A DNA stretch of 47,503 nucleotides. Origin: a virus. Lineage: Duplodnaviria; Caudoviricetes. This document shows positions 1 through 8,954 of the stretch, piece by piece (positions within the stretch are counted from its first letter, which is position 1; each line of letters starts with the position of its first letter). The notes under the pieces are model-generated. The model ran no database searches. It saw nothing but the letters and a program-made list of their open reading frames with translations, and was not told the DNA's origin. The stretch is taken from IMG/VR virus record IMGVR_UViG_3300032227_001499, positions 1 through 47,503 of that record; one strand, written 5' to 3'. A program made the translations under genes and the position numbers.

Positions 1-282
1 ACCACTACCACTACAACTACAACTACTACACCGGCTCCTACAACCACTACTACAACGACACCAACTCCAACCACTACAACTACAACAAGTACAAGTACAA
101 CTACAACAACCACAACAAGCACAACAACAACAAGCACAACAACCACTACCACTACAACTACAACTACTACACCGGCTCCTACAACCACTACTACAACGAC
201 ACCAACTCCAACCACTACAACTACAACAAGTACAAGTACAACTACAACAACCACTACAAGCACAACCACCACAAGCACAACC
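1..282 (+). repeat. Near-perfect 141-bp tandem duplication within the Thr-rich coding region
   Basis: 1-113 is identical to 142-254 (accactaccactacaactac...ccggctcct...); the remainder of the unit differs at a few positions. Codons are almost all ACN. Confidence 0.9.
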
Positions 283-2508
283 ACCACTACTACCGCAATT
301 CCAACTTCAACAACTACTACAACAACTATTAATCCTTCAATATATTTTTCATCTGTATGTTTTGGTGATTATCCTGATACTCCTGCATGGAATGAATACT
401 GTAAAAACTTTTTATCTTCTTATCAATCCAAACTTGAAATTTATAATTCTCTTACAACAACACCATATCCTTTATATCCATGTTATATTAAACAATTTGA
501 TAGAACAATATGGATTAGTTCAGAATATAAAGAGTCAAATTCTAATGTTTTAGAATTTGACTATTACAACAATATTGTTTTTGGTGATAGAAATTCTCCT
601 ATATATATAGGAACTTTGCCTGCAGAGGCTGTTTGTCAAAATATTAGATTACAAATATTAAAAAATCCAAATTCTAAAGATTTACAAGAATCTTTGGGAG
701 TTACAAATTATTATTCTACTCCATTTAATTTTGCAGAAGGAGAAACATCTGAGTGTGTTTATAAGTATAAAAATGAAAAATGTGTAACGATGTATGGTTC
801 AACAGATTCTAATGAAAATGCAAATGGACAATTAGATCCTAACAAACCAGAACCGTGCTGCATATATGAACTAATTTATGATTATGATGGTTTATATATA
901 AAAAGTTTTACAACTGTTGAATGTTCTCCTCCATGTAGTTGTCCATCAGTAGAAGAATACAAGATAATAAAACCTGAAGTTTTTGATATTAATACAGATT
1001 TTGTTCAAAAATCTGAATATTACGATCCAATAGATGGAAGGCTATACATAAAATATACATTCTTTATTCCTTGTATAGAAACAAAACCTTTTGAATCTTC
1101 TACTGTAAAACCAGCTTGTTGTCCAAATTTTGAATATTGGCCAAATGATTGGAAGCAAAAAGAGACAGAAGTATTTCAACAAGCAATAAGAAATAAAATA
1201 TCAATATATGATATTGAATTAAAATTCACATGTGCAAATGTAACGACTACCACAACGCCTCCTCCTATTGTTGGTTGTGTTGGAGATTGTTCATGGATAT
1301 GGAAATGTGATTCGGGCTCAAATTGTATGTGGTCAATTACATCCAAAGGATGTTTTGCTCAAAACGGATCCACAATAACACCTGGTGGACCCGGATGTTC
1401 TTGTTTAGAACCTTCATGGAAGCCTCTAGTTCCTTCAAATGATTTATCTAGAACTGCAATAACAAAATGTCAATCAAACAACATATGTTATGGCGAATGC
1501 TATTTCCATTGGGATTCTAAATTAGGTAATTGGATATATGATGTAAATAATAGCATACCTTGTAAATCAAATTTTCCGGAATATATTTGTGATTGTGGTT
1601 TGCCACCTACTCCACCTATTGGTTCTGTGATTTCAAACGATACTTTAGTTAGAATAAGTTGTTATGTAGATGAAGTTATTCCAACATCAACAACGACTCC
1701 TGTGCCTTGTGGCGGCGCTATTTGCCGTTGGGATTGGAATGGAAGTGTTTGGGTAATTAATGGTTCAGATTGTACTTCTCCATGTGTATGTCCAGTTCCA
1801 GAATTTTCTGGAGGAGCCAACATGACCATATGGACTCAATGTTCTAACCCAGTTACACCAATGAATACATTGACTCAATTTGACAACCTAACAACTACAA
1901 CAACACCTGTTCCACTTTGCAAATCTTGTCTTTATTATAGTGGAATACATGGTTGGTCTTTGATTGAAAACAATTGCACTGGGTATGTTGTAGAAGGAAA
2001 TAATATTTATCCTTGTTATTGTGAAAAACCAACAGACGTTGCAGATATTGGAGTTTTTAGAACTATTAAGTGTAAAAAGGGTTGTGGGACTTGTAAGTTT
2101 TCATATATTTCAACAGGAAGTGGAATGCAATGGGTTAAAGGAGCATCAGATTGTTCTAATGAATGTGAATGCACAGCTCCAATTGAACAAGGTTCTTTTT
2201 TACAAACAGTAGATATTCCTTGTGTTAAAAAATTGACTACTGATACACTAATTCCTTTAACAACAACTCAAAGACCTGATACTTGTGGCAAATGTGAATA
2301 TTACTATGACCCACAGAAAAAGGGATGGCAATTTAGTTTGTCTGATTGTGGTTCAACATGTGAATGTGTAGAACCAAATTGGATACCAGAGGATGGAATG
2401 CCAACAGTAGTACAAACTGCTTGTGACATCAAAACAACAACTCCATCTCCTATTGGAGTTTTTGATTTGACAAACAAAGATTTAGTACAAGAAATTTATT
2501 ACTTTTAA
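1..2508 (+). CDS. 5'-truncated large low-complexity protein: mucin-like Thr/Pro/Ser stalk plus 6-7 Cys/Trp-rich repeats; putative virion fibre/adhesin
   Basis: Frame 1 is open from base 1 (TTTTTTTTTTPAPTTT...) through the listed 616..2508 ORF, so the TTG at 616 is internal. Repeats of the form C-x2-4-C-x-[WYF]-x-[WY]...W...C...CxC..P...C are separated by TTT(T)P linkers. Confidence 0.8.
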   Translation, partial: TTTTTTTTTTPAPTTTTTTTPTPTTTTTTSTSTTTTTTTSTTTTSTTTTTTTTTTTTPAPTTTTTTTPTPTTTTTTSTSTTTTTTTSTTTTSTTTTTTAIPTSTTTTTTINPSIYFSSVCFGDYPDTPAWNEYCKNFLSSYQSKLEIYNSLTTTPYPLYPCYIKQFDRTIWISSEYKESNSNVLEFDYYNNIVFGDRNSPIYIGTLPAEAVCQNIRLQILKNPNSKDLQESLGVTNYYSTPFNFAEGETSECVYKYKNEKCVTMYGSTDSNENANGQLDPNKPEPCCIYELIYDYDGLYIKSFTTVECSPPCSCPSVEEYKIIKPEVFDINTDFVQKSEYYDPIDGRLYIKYTFFIPCIETKPFESSTVKPACCPNFEYWPNDWKQKETEVFQQAIRNKISIYDIELKFTCANVTTTTTPPPIVGCVGDCSWIWKCDSGSNCMWSITSKGCFAQNGSTITPGGPGCSCLEPSWKPLVPSNDLSRTAITKCQSNNICYGECYFHWDSKLGNWIYDVNNSIPCKSNFPEYICDCGLPPTPPIGSVISNDTLVRISCYVDEVIPTSTTTPVPCGGAICRWDWNGSVWVINGSDCTSPCVCPVPEFSGGANMTIWTQCSNPVTPMNTLTQFDNLTTTTTPVPLCKSCLYYSGIHGWSLIENNCTGYVVEGNNIYPCYCEKPTDVADIGVFRTIKCKKGCGTCKFSYISTGSGMQWVKGASDCSNECECTAPIEQGSFLQTVDIPCVKKLTTDTLIPLTTTQRPDTCGKCEYYYDPQKKGWQFSLSDCGSTCECVEPNWIPEDGMPTVVQTACDIKTTTPSPIGVFDLTNKDLVQEIYYF

Positions 2509-2526
2509 TTAACGAAAGGTTAAACA

Positions 2527-2928
2527 ATGGATAAAAACCATAAGCATTTTATTTTAAATTCAGTAGTAAAGAACCCTATTAATGATGAAGAGTCATGTAA
2601 AAAATGGCTAACCGATTTGGTTGAAGTTATTAATATGGATATTCTTGTTCCTGCTATTGCAAAATATTGTGATATTCCAGGAAACGAAGGTGTTACTGGT
2701 GCGATAATTATTACAACTAGCCACATATCAATACATGTTTGGCCAATCGGAGATAAACCATACATCAGAATGGATGTTTATAGTTGCAAAGATTTTGATT
2801 CAGAAGCAGTTTTAAAATATGTAGATGACACAATGGGAGCAGTTGGTGGAAGCTATGTTGTTTTAGATAGAAATACCGAGGTTCTCCCGTTGCCTTTTAT
2901 GGAATATAAGTATTTTGGCAAGTTATAA
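2527..2928 (+). CDS. speD: S-adenosylmethionine decarboxylase proenzyme (pyruvoyl-dependent, class 1b-like)
   Basis: EGVTGAIIITT-SHISIHVWP...YIRMDVYSCKDFD matches the prokaryotic AdoMetDC signature (G-x-T/S...SH-x-SIH-x-WP...D-x-Y/F-x-C); AAAGGT upstream. Confidence 0.9.
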   Translation: MDKNHKHFILNSVVKNPINDEESCKKWLTDLVEVINMDILVPAIAKYCDIPGNEGVTGAIIITTSHISIHVWPIGDKPYIRMDVYSCKDFDSEAVLKYVDDTMGAVGGSYVVLDRNTEVLPLPFMEYKYFGKL

Positions 2929-2934
2929 TTTTGT

Positions 2935-3219
2935 ATGGCAAAAATAACCAGTAAATTGGCATTTAAAAAATTTGCTGGTGCTTGTGCTTTTTGTAGTGAA
3001 TCAGATTATTCTTGTTTAGATGTTCACAGAATTCATGAGGGCTACAAAGGTGGAACTTACGATTCAATAAACTGCGTATGTGTCTGTACTAATTGCCACA
3101 GAAAAATACACGCTAATAAAATAAATATAATTAAAAAACATATAAGCTATGGTGAAAGTTTGTATGTTATTGAATATTTAGAAAATAATGAAGTTAAATA
3201 TTTGCCAATTAAATACTAA
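2935..3219 (+). CDS. Small HNH endonuclease
   Basis: CAFC...LDVHRI...GG....NCVCVCTNCHRKIH: Zn-binding HNH motif. Confidence 0.8.
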   Translation: MAKITSKLAFKKFAGACAFCSESDYSCLDVHRIHEGYKGGTYDSINCVCVCTNCHRKIHANKINIIKKHISYGESLYVIEYLENNEVKYLPIKY

Positions 3220-3220
3220 T

Positions 3221-3928
3221 ATGTTAAAACCAATTAAATTAAAACAAAAAATAGCCTTATGTTTTTCTGGAATTCAATATGATATTGCTAATCCGAAAAA
3301 ATTTATAGAAAGATTTTTAAATAATTATGAAGTGTATTGTTTTGTTCACACATGGGAAAAAGAAGAAATTTTAAATTATCAAAGATCAGGGAGCTATAGC
3401 ATGGCTTCTATAGATTTTGAAGAAATAAAAAAAATTGTTTCTCATATCGATATAGTTACAGAAAAGTTTACTGATAGATTTGAATCTTTTTCAAGAATAT
3501 ACAACTCAATATATAAAGAAAAGAAAGAAATAAGAAATAATCTTTGTTTAATTAGTATGTTTTATGGAATTAAACAATCTCAATTACTTAGAAAAGATTT
3601 TGAAATAAAAAATAAAATTACTTTTGATTGTGTTTTTAGGTGTAGATTTGAAAATTGCTGGCGAGAAGATAGAATATTTTTTTTACATGAATATAATTTG
3701 AATAATATATGGCTTCCTTCTACTTTAAAGCATCCAATATGTGATCATTTGTCATTTTCAAATTCAAGCAATATGGATTACTATGGTTCCATTTATGATA
3801 ATATTGTTAATTTGGCAAATAAAATTGAATATTGGCCAGAAAAAATGTTGCAGGAACATTTATCTATTAAAAAAATAGAGGAAACAAATTTATTTGGCTC
3901 ATGCGGAGGATATTTGTGGGACAGTTAA
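3221..3928 (+). CDS. Putative glycosyltransferase-like protein (phage KIALCFSG family)
   Basis: KIALCFSG...YCFVHTW...SMFYGIKQS...FDCVFRCRFE...DHLSF..S..MDYY is a pattern typical of phage/NCLDV glycosyltransferase-like proteins. ATG at 3221, just after the HNH stop, is preferred over 3188. Confidence 0.6.
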   Translation: MLKPIKLKQKIALCFSGIQYDIANPKKFIERFLNNYEVYCFVHTWEKEEILNYQRSGSYSMASIDFEEIKKIVSHIDIVTEKFTDRFESFSRIYNSIYKEKKEIRNNLCLISMFYGIKQSQLLRKDFEIKNKITFDCVFRCRFENCWREDRIFFLHEYNLNNIWLPSTLKHPICDHLSFSNSSNMDYYGSIYDNIVNLANKIEYWPEKMLQEHLSIKKIEETNLFGSCGGYLWDS

Positions 3929-3941
3929 TAAATAATATATT

Positions 3942-4604
3942 ATGAAAAATAAAAAAGAAATAAAAGCTGAATGTAACAGAAGATATAGGGAAAAAAATAA
4001 AGAAAAAATAGCAGAAAGAAAAAGGGAATATTATCAAAAAAATAAAGAAAGAATAAATAAAAATCCGAAAACTAAAGAAAATAAAAAAAGGTTTTATGAT
4101 ATTAATAAAAATAAAATAAATGAAAAAAGAAGACAGAATAGACTTGCCAATGTAGAAGAAGCAAGAAGAAAAGAAAGAGAAAGAAAAAGAAAATATAAAC
4201 AAAATTTAGAAAATAGAAAAAAATGGTTGGAAACAACAAAAAAATATGTAAAAAACAAATTGGAGAAAGATCCGGTTTATAAATTAAAATTATATTACAG
4301 GAATTCTATTTGTAAAGCTAAAATAAAAAATGATTTTAAAAAAAAATCTAGAACAGCAGAGTATTTAGGATGCGATTGGGAAACATTTAAAAAACATATT
4401 GAAAATCAATTTGAACCTTGGATGAATTGGAGTAACTGGGGCCAACATAATCCTAATAGTTCAAGAACATGGAATATAGATCATATAAAACCTTTAGCTA
4501 AATTTGATTTTTCAAAAAGAGAAGAAATAGAGAAGGCTTTTAATTATAAAAATTGCAGACCTTATTGTTCTAGAAAAAATTTAGTTGAACAACATTATAG
4601 ATAA
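3942..4604 (+). CDS. Free-standing HNH homing endonuclease (basic N-terminal helical repeats)
   Basis: Lys/Arg-rich N-terminus, then YLGC..E.FKKHIENQF..WMNWSNWG...WNIDHIKP...FD...FNYKN.RP....N. Confidence 0.8.
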   Translation: MKNKKEIKAECNRRYREKNKEKIAERKREYYQKNKERINKNPKTKENKKRFYDINKNKINEKRRQNRLANVEEARRKERERKRKYKQNLENRKKWLETTKKYVKNKLEKDPVYKLKLYYRNSICKAKIKNDFKKKSRTAEYLGCDWETFKKHIENQFEPWMNWSNWGQHNPNSSRTWNIDHIKPLAKFDFSKREEIEKAFNYKNCRPYCSRKNLVEQHYR

Positions 4605-4629
4605 TATAAATTATTTTGGAGAATTTAAA

Positions 4630-5187
4630 ATGGAAGATTTAGGATATTATGAAATAAAAGAAGGCTCTATTCCAATGAATCTTATTACTGAAAATGTTCA
4701 GTTATCTGAAAATCTTCAATATCATTTAGAAAACAAATTATCATTGTCTAATACAGTTTTCAGACTTGGTTCTGAAGGTTGGATGGAATTAGTAAACGAA
4801 ACAAGAGCTTTGTGGGAACAAGGATTGATTCAAGTAAATGAAAATGATGAATTTATTCTTATGACAGAAGCTGGTAGAACTGGGGTTTATCAAGGCAAAA
4901 GTGTTCCTCTTGATGCACCCAGAAGAGCACCAGCAGGCGAAAAGAAAAAATTCTTAGTTTATGTTAATAGTGGCAGAAAGAATGCAGAAGGAAGAGTTGT
5001 AGCGAAAAAAATTACATTTGGCTATAGAGGTTTAAAGGTAAGAAATGCAAATCCAAAAGCGGCTAAATCTTTTAGAGCAAGACACAAATGTTCACAAAAA
5101 ACTGATAAAACAACTGCTGGCTATTGGGCTTGCAAAACAGGTTCTTATGCAAAACAATTGGGTCTTACATCTTCAGCATCATGGTAA
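4630..5187 (+). CDS. Conserved myovirus hypothetical protein (DUF6321-like)
   Basis: KKFLVYV...KKITFG...NPKAAKSFRARHKC...TAGYWAC motif recalled from T4-like phage proteins; GGAGA precedes ATG 4630. Confidence 0.6.
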   Translation: MEDLGYYEIKEGSIPMNLITENVQLSENLQYHLENKLSLSNTVFRLGSEGWMELVNETRALWEQGLIQVNENDEFILMTEAGRTGVYQGKSVPLDAPRRAPAGEKKKFLVYVNSGRKNAEGRVVAKKITFGYRGLKVRNANPKAAKSFRARHKCSQKTDKTTAGYWACKTGSYAKQLGLTSSASW

Positions 5188-5963
5188 CATTCAAACATTT
5201 TATTGAAAGCTTTTATTCTGGGTGTTCTCATTCAGATATATTAGAACTTATAAAAAAATTCAAGGATAATATTAAAAATAAATCCTTGTCATATGATGAT
5301 ACATATTTGCCATTACAAATTATTATTAATTGTTTGGAAGAACACAAAATTGATGATAAAGATTTAGAAAAACTATCTTATTGGGTGAATAAGCCAGACA
5401 TTACACAATTTTTAACTGATCAAAAAGTTAATTCGATATTATCTTTATTAGATAATTATGAAAAAGCTAGCGCACATCATGGTGTGCCAAGTTTTAAAGT
5501 TCCTTATGATTTTAAAAAACGTTCTTTTTTAGTTGTTTTAATTAAAAAATTATATCCAAATTATGTTATCCAACCAGAAATAGATGGTGACTTTTATGAA
5601 CTATACAGAAAATATGGAGATAGCGTTGATGTAGGAATGAAATTGCCATTTTCTGATCATGTTAAAAATGATGCGTTTTTTATGAAGAAGTCTTTGGGAG
5701 ATTATGTAAAAGAATCAGGAACAGATGATTATTCTCATTTTTTCGAAATGGATTCTGATTTATTTGATATAGAAGTATATTTTCATCATAAAGACAGAAC
5801 AGTAAATTCAATATTGTTGCCTTATAATAAATTAAAAAATGGATTAACTGTTGATTCGTTTACAAATGAATTTTTTGATGATATTTTTGAACTTGTACAT
5901 AATAGAATTTCTATGAACACTTTTGTTATAATAAATGATACAGGAGAACAAAATGTTAGATAA
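5181..5963 (+). CDS. Hypothetical protein, possible internal head protein
   Basis: Long ORF; ATG 5181 overlaps the previous stop; N-terminus MVTFKHFIES resembles the T4 capsid-targeting sequence. Confidence 0.6.
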   Translation: MVTFKHFIESFYSGCSHSDILELIKKFKDNIKNKSLSYDDTYLPLQIIINCLEEHKIDDKDLEKLSYWVNKPDITQFLTDQKVNSILSLLDNYEKASAHHGVPSFKVPYDFKKRSFLVVLIKKLYPNYVIQPEIDGDFYELYRKYGDSVDVGMKLPFSDHVKNDAFFMKKSLGDYVKESGTDDYSHFFEMDSDLFDIEVYFHHKDRTVNSILLPYNKLKNGLTVDSFTNEFFDDIFELVHNRISMNTFVIINDTGEQNVR

Positions 5964-6090
5964 CTTAGTATTTTTCTTAGTAGGTCTTGTAGTTGGTTGG
6001 AATGTTTTGCCACAACCAGCTTGGGTTAAAGCACTTTATGATCTGGTTGTTGCTAAAATTAAAAGTTGGGCTGCGCCAAAAAGTGAATAA
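5953..6090 (+). CDS. 45-aa small membrane protein (absent from the ORF track)
   Basis: AGGAGA then ATG 5953; MLDNLVFFLVGLVVGWNVLPQPAWVKALYDLVVAKIKSWAAPKSE*: one hydrophobic helix followed by an amphipathic helix. Confidence 0.7.
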   Translation: MLDNLVFFLVGLVVGWNVLPQPAWVKALYDLVVAKIKSWAAPKSE

Positions 6091-6349
6091 TCCAAAACCT
6101 TTTACAGAGAAAAAAATAGAAGGATTTATCATCAGAGAATTTAAATCTGATGTAGACATGGAAGATTTGGTTTGGCACAGAGATAGAGAAGACAGGATTG
6201 TAACTGTTTTAAATGAAAACGATTGGAAATATCAAGAGGACAACAAGCTTCCTGTGCCATGCCAAGGAGTAATAGAAATCAAAGAAGGAGTCTGGCATAG
6301 AATAATAAAAGGAACGACGAATTTAAAAGTGAAAATATCTTTTGTTTAG
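6083..6349 (+). CDS. Small cupin-fold phage protein
   Basis: LVWHRDREDR.V.VL....W..Q.DN.LP...I..G.WHRIIKG; the GTG start at 6083 overlaps the small membrane gene. Confidence 0.65.
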   Translation: MNNPKPFTEKKIEGFIIREFKSDVDMEDLVWHRDREDRIVTVLNENDWKYQEDNKLPVPCQGVIEIKEGVWHRIIKGTTNLKVKISFV

Positions 6350-6355
6350 AGACAA

Positions 6356-6389
6356 GAAATCCCCCGGCTTAAGCCGGGGAAGTAGTCAG
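6356..6389 (+). other. GC-rich palindrome resembling a solo IS200/IS605 right end; may also terminate the convergent genes
   Basis: GAAAT-CCCCCGGCTTAAGCCGGGGA-AGTAGTCAG between convergent cupin and clpP genes. Confidence 0.55.
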
Positions 6390-6401
6390 ACTAGAAGATA
6401 A

Positions 6402-7037
6402 TCAAACTATTATTTTTTTTCCATTAACCATTAATGTTTGTTTAACTTTTACTTCAGTAAGAAGTTGTGGCAAGCCAACATGATTGCAAATATTATGTTT
6501 TCTAGCTTCTTTGCTTGTCAAATAAACTTCTGCATGTTTGTGTTTGTGTAACATATCCAGAAAATAGTTTTCGGATTTTCCTATATGCTTAGCAGCCATA
6601 TTGAATATTAAATTATTTAATCTTTCTACTTCTTTTGCATCTGCTTTTATTTCTTCTACTTTGCCAAAAGCTATGCTACTTACTTCATGGATCATCAAAG
6701 TTGCTTCTTCAGTCATAAAACGCAAGCCTTCAGTTCCAAACATGAATAGCATTGCGCCACAAGACATTGCTTTGCCTGTGCAAATTGTTGCAACAGGCAA
6801 AGGAGATGCTTTTATTATTGAGATGCATTGCATTAGAGAATAAACTTGACCGCCATAAGAATCTATGACTACAGGTATTAGCTTTTTGTTTTTATTTAAA
6901 GCTTTTTCAAAATCCTCATGAAATTGTTCAGTTGTTTCAGAATCAAATCCTTCAGTAAGCCTTACTACATGAGGCTCAATGTGAAGATCGGAATGTTTAG
7001 CACGAATTTTTGGATCGATTCTTATGATGTTTTGCAT
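6402..7037 (-). CDS. clpP: ClpP-like serine protease subunit
   Basis: IDSYGGQV...VATICTGKAMSCGAMLF.FG..G.RF....ATLMIHE: catalytic Ser and His present; the usual Asp position reads E (HAEVYLTSKEA). Confidence 0.9.
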   Translation of the reverse strand: MQNIIRIDPKIRAKHSDLHIEPHVVRLTEGFDSETTEQFHEDFEKALNKNKKLIPVVIDSYGGQVYSLMQCISIIKASPLPVATICTGKAMSCGAMLFMFGTEGLRFMTEEATLMIHEVSSIAFGKVEEIKADAKEVERLNNLIFNMAAKHIGKSENYFLDMLHKHKHAEVYLTSKEARKHNICNHVGLPQLLTEVKVKQTLMVNGKKIIV

Positions 7038-7046
7038 AATATAATT

Positions 7047-8504
7047 TTATGCAGAAACCAGCTTCCTTACAAGATTGAAAAATGCTTTTTTTCTAACTTC
7101 TTCTAGTTCGTCTGTTCTTGGAATTCTTTCAAGAATTTTAATATAAATTGGATTTATTCTTCTGTTTCCATCTTCATCTTCAACATATTTTTTCATTATT
7201 TCTGAAAAATCATGTTTGAATAAATTTTCATATAATTTATTTTCACCCATTATAGTCATAAATTGTTTTATTATAGAATTGGACATAGTTAGTGGCTTTG
7301 CAAATAAATCATAAATTAAATCTGGATTAAATTTACTTTCGCAGAATTTAGACAAATTAATCAATCTACATATATTTTCGATATCAATTTTTGACCATCC
7401 CATGCTTGATAAAACATCTTGTACTTTTGCAGTTTGATTTTCTCGCAATATGTAAGCTGTTGCAACAAGTTTTGAATTGCTTATATCTTTAACAGGATTA
7501 CTAATTTTAAGTTTTGGGAAAATTTTATCTGTTAGATTTGAATGTATTAAATTATTAATATAAATATCAGTAGGAACATCAAAGTTTTCAATAGAAGAAA
7601 TATAAAATCTTTTAAGATTATGTCTTTTAACATCATCACTTGGATTTGTTTCTTTTATTATTTCATTTATATGATAAGGTATTTTTCTATTGTGAGCAAA
7701 TCTTGATGCTAGATTTGCTATTCGATATGGCAAATATGGGTCAAAATCAAATGCTTTTTCTATTTTTCTTACTGTATTTATTATTCCATTCTTAAGATCA
7801 TATGCGCCACCTTGTGGGTCATACAACTCAGAATTTTCGCCTTCGTTATTTTTTAATTTAAGATATAAACTATCAATTGTCAAATCTCTTGTAGTTGAAT
7901 CTTGTTCTATTGTTGTTACTAATTTCCTAAATTTTGGAGTTAGCATTCTATTTTTATTATTTATATTAAAAGATCCAATGTGAATAATTTGACCATCAAT
8001 TTCTACAGAGAATTCCATTTCTCTATTATTGGCATCCCATCTACTAGCATAAAATACTTCTTTTTTATTTTCTTTATTAGGTAGTTTTTTATATTGATTT
8101 AATATTTCCAAATCATGAGTATCTGGTTTTACTTCTGTAAGATTACAATATTTTGATTTAAGTATCAACCGCATTTCATCTGGAGATGCATCTGTTGAAC
8201 AATCATATGTGCTGAATGTTTTATTTTTCAAATGGTCTCTTAAAGCTCCACCTGTTAAATACAGGTTTTTCTTTTTCATTGTAGGCTCTGTAACGCCCTT
8301 GGTTTTATCTATTGTTGAATATCCCAAGCTTATTTCTTTAGAATTTTCAAATCCATCTATAACTTTTTTAAGGATACGGTTGCTTAAATGATTTACTACA
8401 AATGGTCTAAATTCACCATTTCTATCATTTGCCTTCAGCCTAATTTTGGCTGTCATTGCTTCGTTTCTACCTGAGTTTGACATAATACTATCTATTGTTG
8501 CCAT
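7047..8504 (-). CDS. tRNA nucleotidyltransferase/poly(A) polymerase (class II) homologue with degenerate catalytic motifs
   Basis: LYLTGGALRDHL....TYDCSTDASPDE (DxD read as TxD), EQDSTTRDLTIDSLY (cf. RRDFTIN), YDPQGG..DL..G.I, FDPYLPYR (cf. EDxxR). Confidence 0.75.
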   Translation of the reverse strand: MATIDSIMSNSGRNEAMTAKIRLKANDRNGEFRPFVVNHLSNRILKKVIDGFENSKEISLGYSTIDKTKGVTEPTMKKKNLYLTGGALRDHLKNKTFSTYDCSTDASPDEMRLILKSKYCNLTEVKPDTHDLEILNQYKKLPNKENKKEVFYASRWDANNREMEFSVEIDGQIIHIGSFNINNKNRMLTPKFRKLVTTIEQDSTTRDLTIDSLYLKLKNNEGENSELYDPQGGAYDLKNGIINTVRKIEKAFDFDPYLPYRIANLASRFAHNRKIPYHINEIIKETNPSDDVKRHNLKRFYISSIENFDVPTDIYINNLIHSNLTDKIFPKLKISNPVKDISNSKLVATAYILRENQTAKVQDVLSSMGWSKIDIENICRLINLSKFCESKFNPDLIYDLFAKPLTMSNSIIKQFMTIMGENKLYENLFKHDFSEIMKKYVEDEDGNRRINPIYIKILERIPRTDELEEVRKKAFFNLVRKLVSA

Positions 8505-8950
8505 CCTAATTTATATGTAATATAAGCCAAAGCCGCTCCCATTCCTATTTTTAAAATTATATCAATAATTATTTTAAGTCTCTCTTCAGTGGTTTTTCTA
8601 AAAAATACAAGTTCATCATTCTCATTTTCTAAATTTTTAAGAACTTCAATGCTTTTTGTGTTGTCTTTGTGTAGATTTTCTAAAGATTTTTCCACCAAAG
8701 CGACCTTAATAAGCAAGTAATCTATGTTTTTTTTAATATCACCAACATTTTTTGATTCCATGTTAACAACTCTCTCAAGTAAATTATTATAATGATCAAA
8801 TAATTTTTCAAATCTTGTTGATAATCCATCTTGCTTTTCTAAAGCATTATTTACCTTTTCATCCAACCTTCCCAAACTAGATGCCATAAACTCATTAAAA
8901 TCTTTAATGACTGTAGCGGCTTCATCTGGTTTAGGTTTATTTGGTGCCAT
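8492..8950 (-). CDS. Coiled-coil protein with C-terminal transmembrane segment
   Basis: Heptad-rich body; C-terminal IIIDIILKIGMGAALAYITYKLGW. Confidence 0.7.
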   Translation of the reverse strand: MAPNKPKPDEAATVIKDFNEFMASSLGRLDEKVNNALEKQDGLSTRFEKLFDHYNNLLERVVNMESKNVGDIKKNIDYLLIKVALVEKSLENLHKDNTKSIEVLKNLENENDELVFFRKTTEERLKIIIDIILKIGMGAALAYITYKLGWQQ

Positions 8951-8954
8951 GAAT

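Noticed and set aside
362-616. ORF 362..553 and the TTG start at 616
   Set aside because: Frame 1 is open from base 1 to 2508, so 362..553 is a shadow ORF and 616 is internal.
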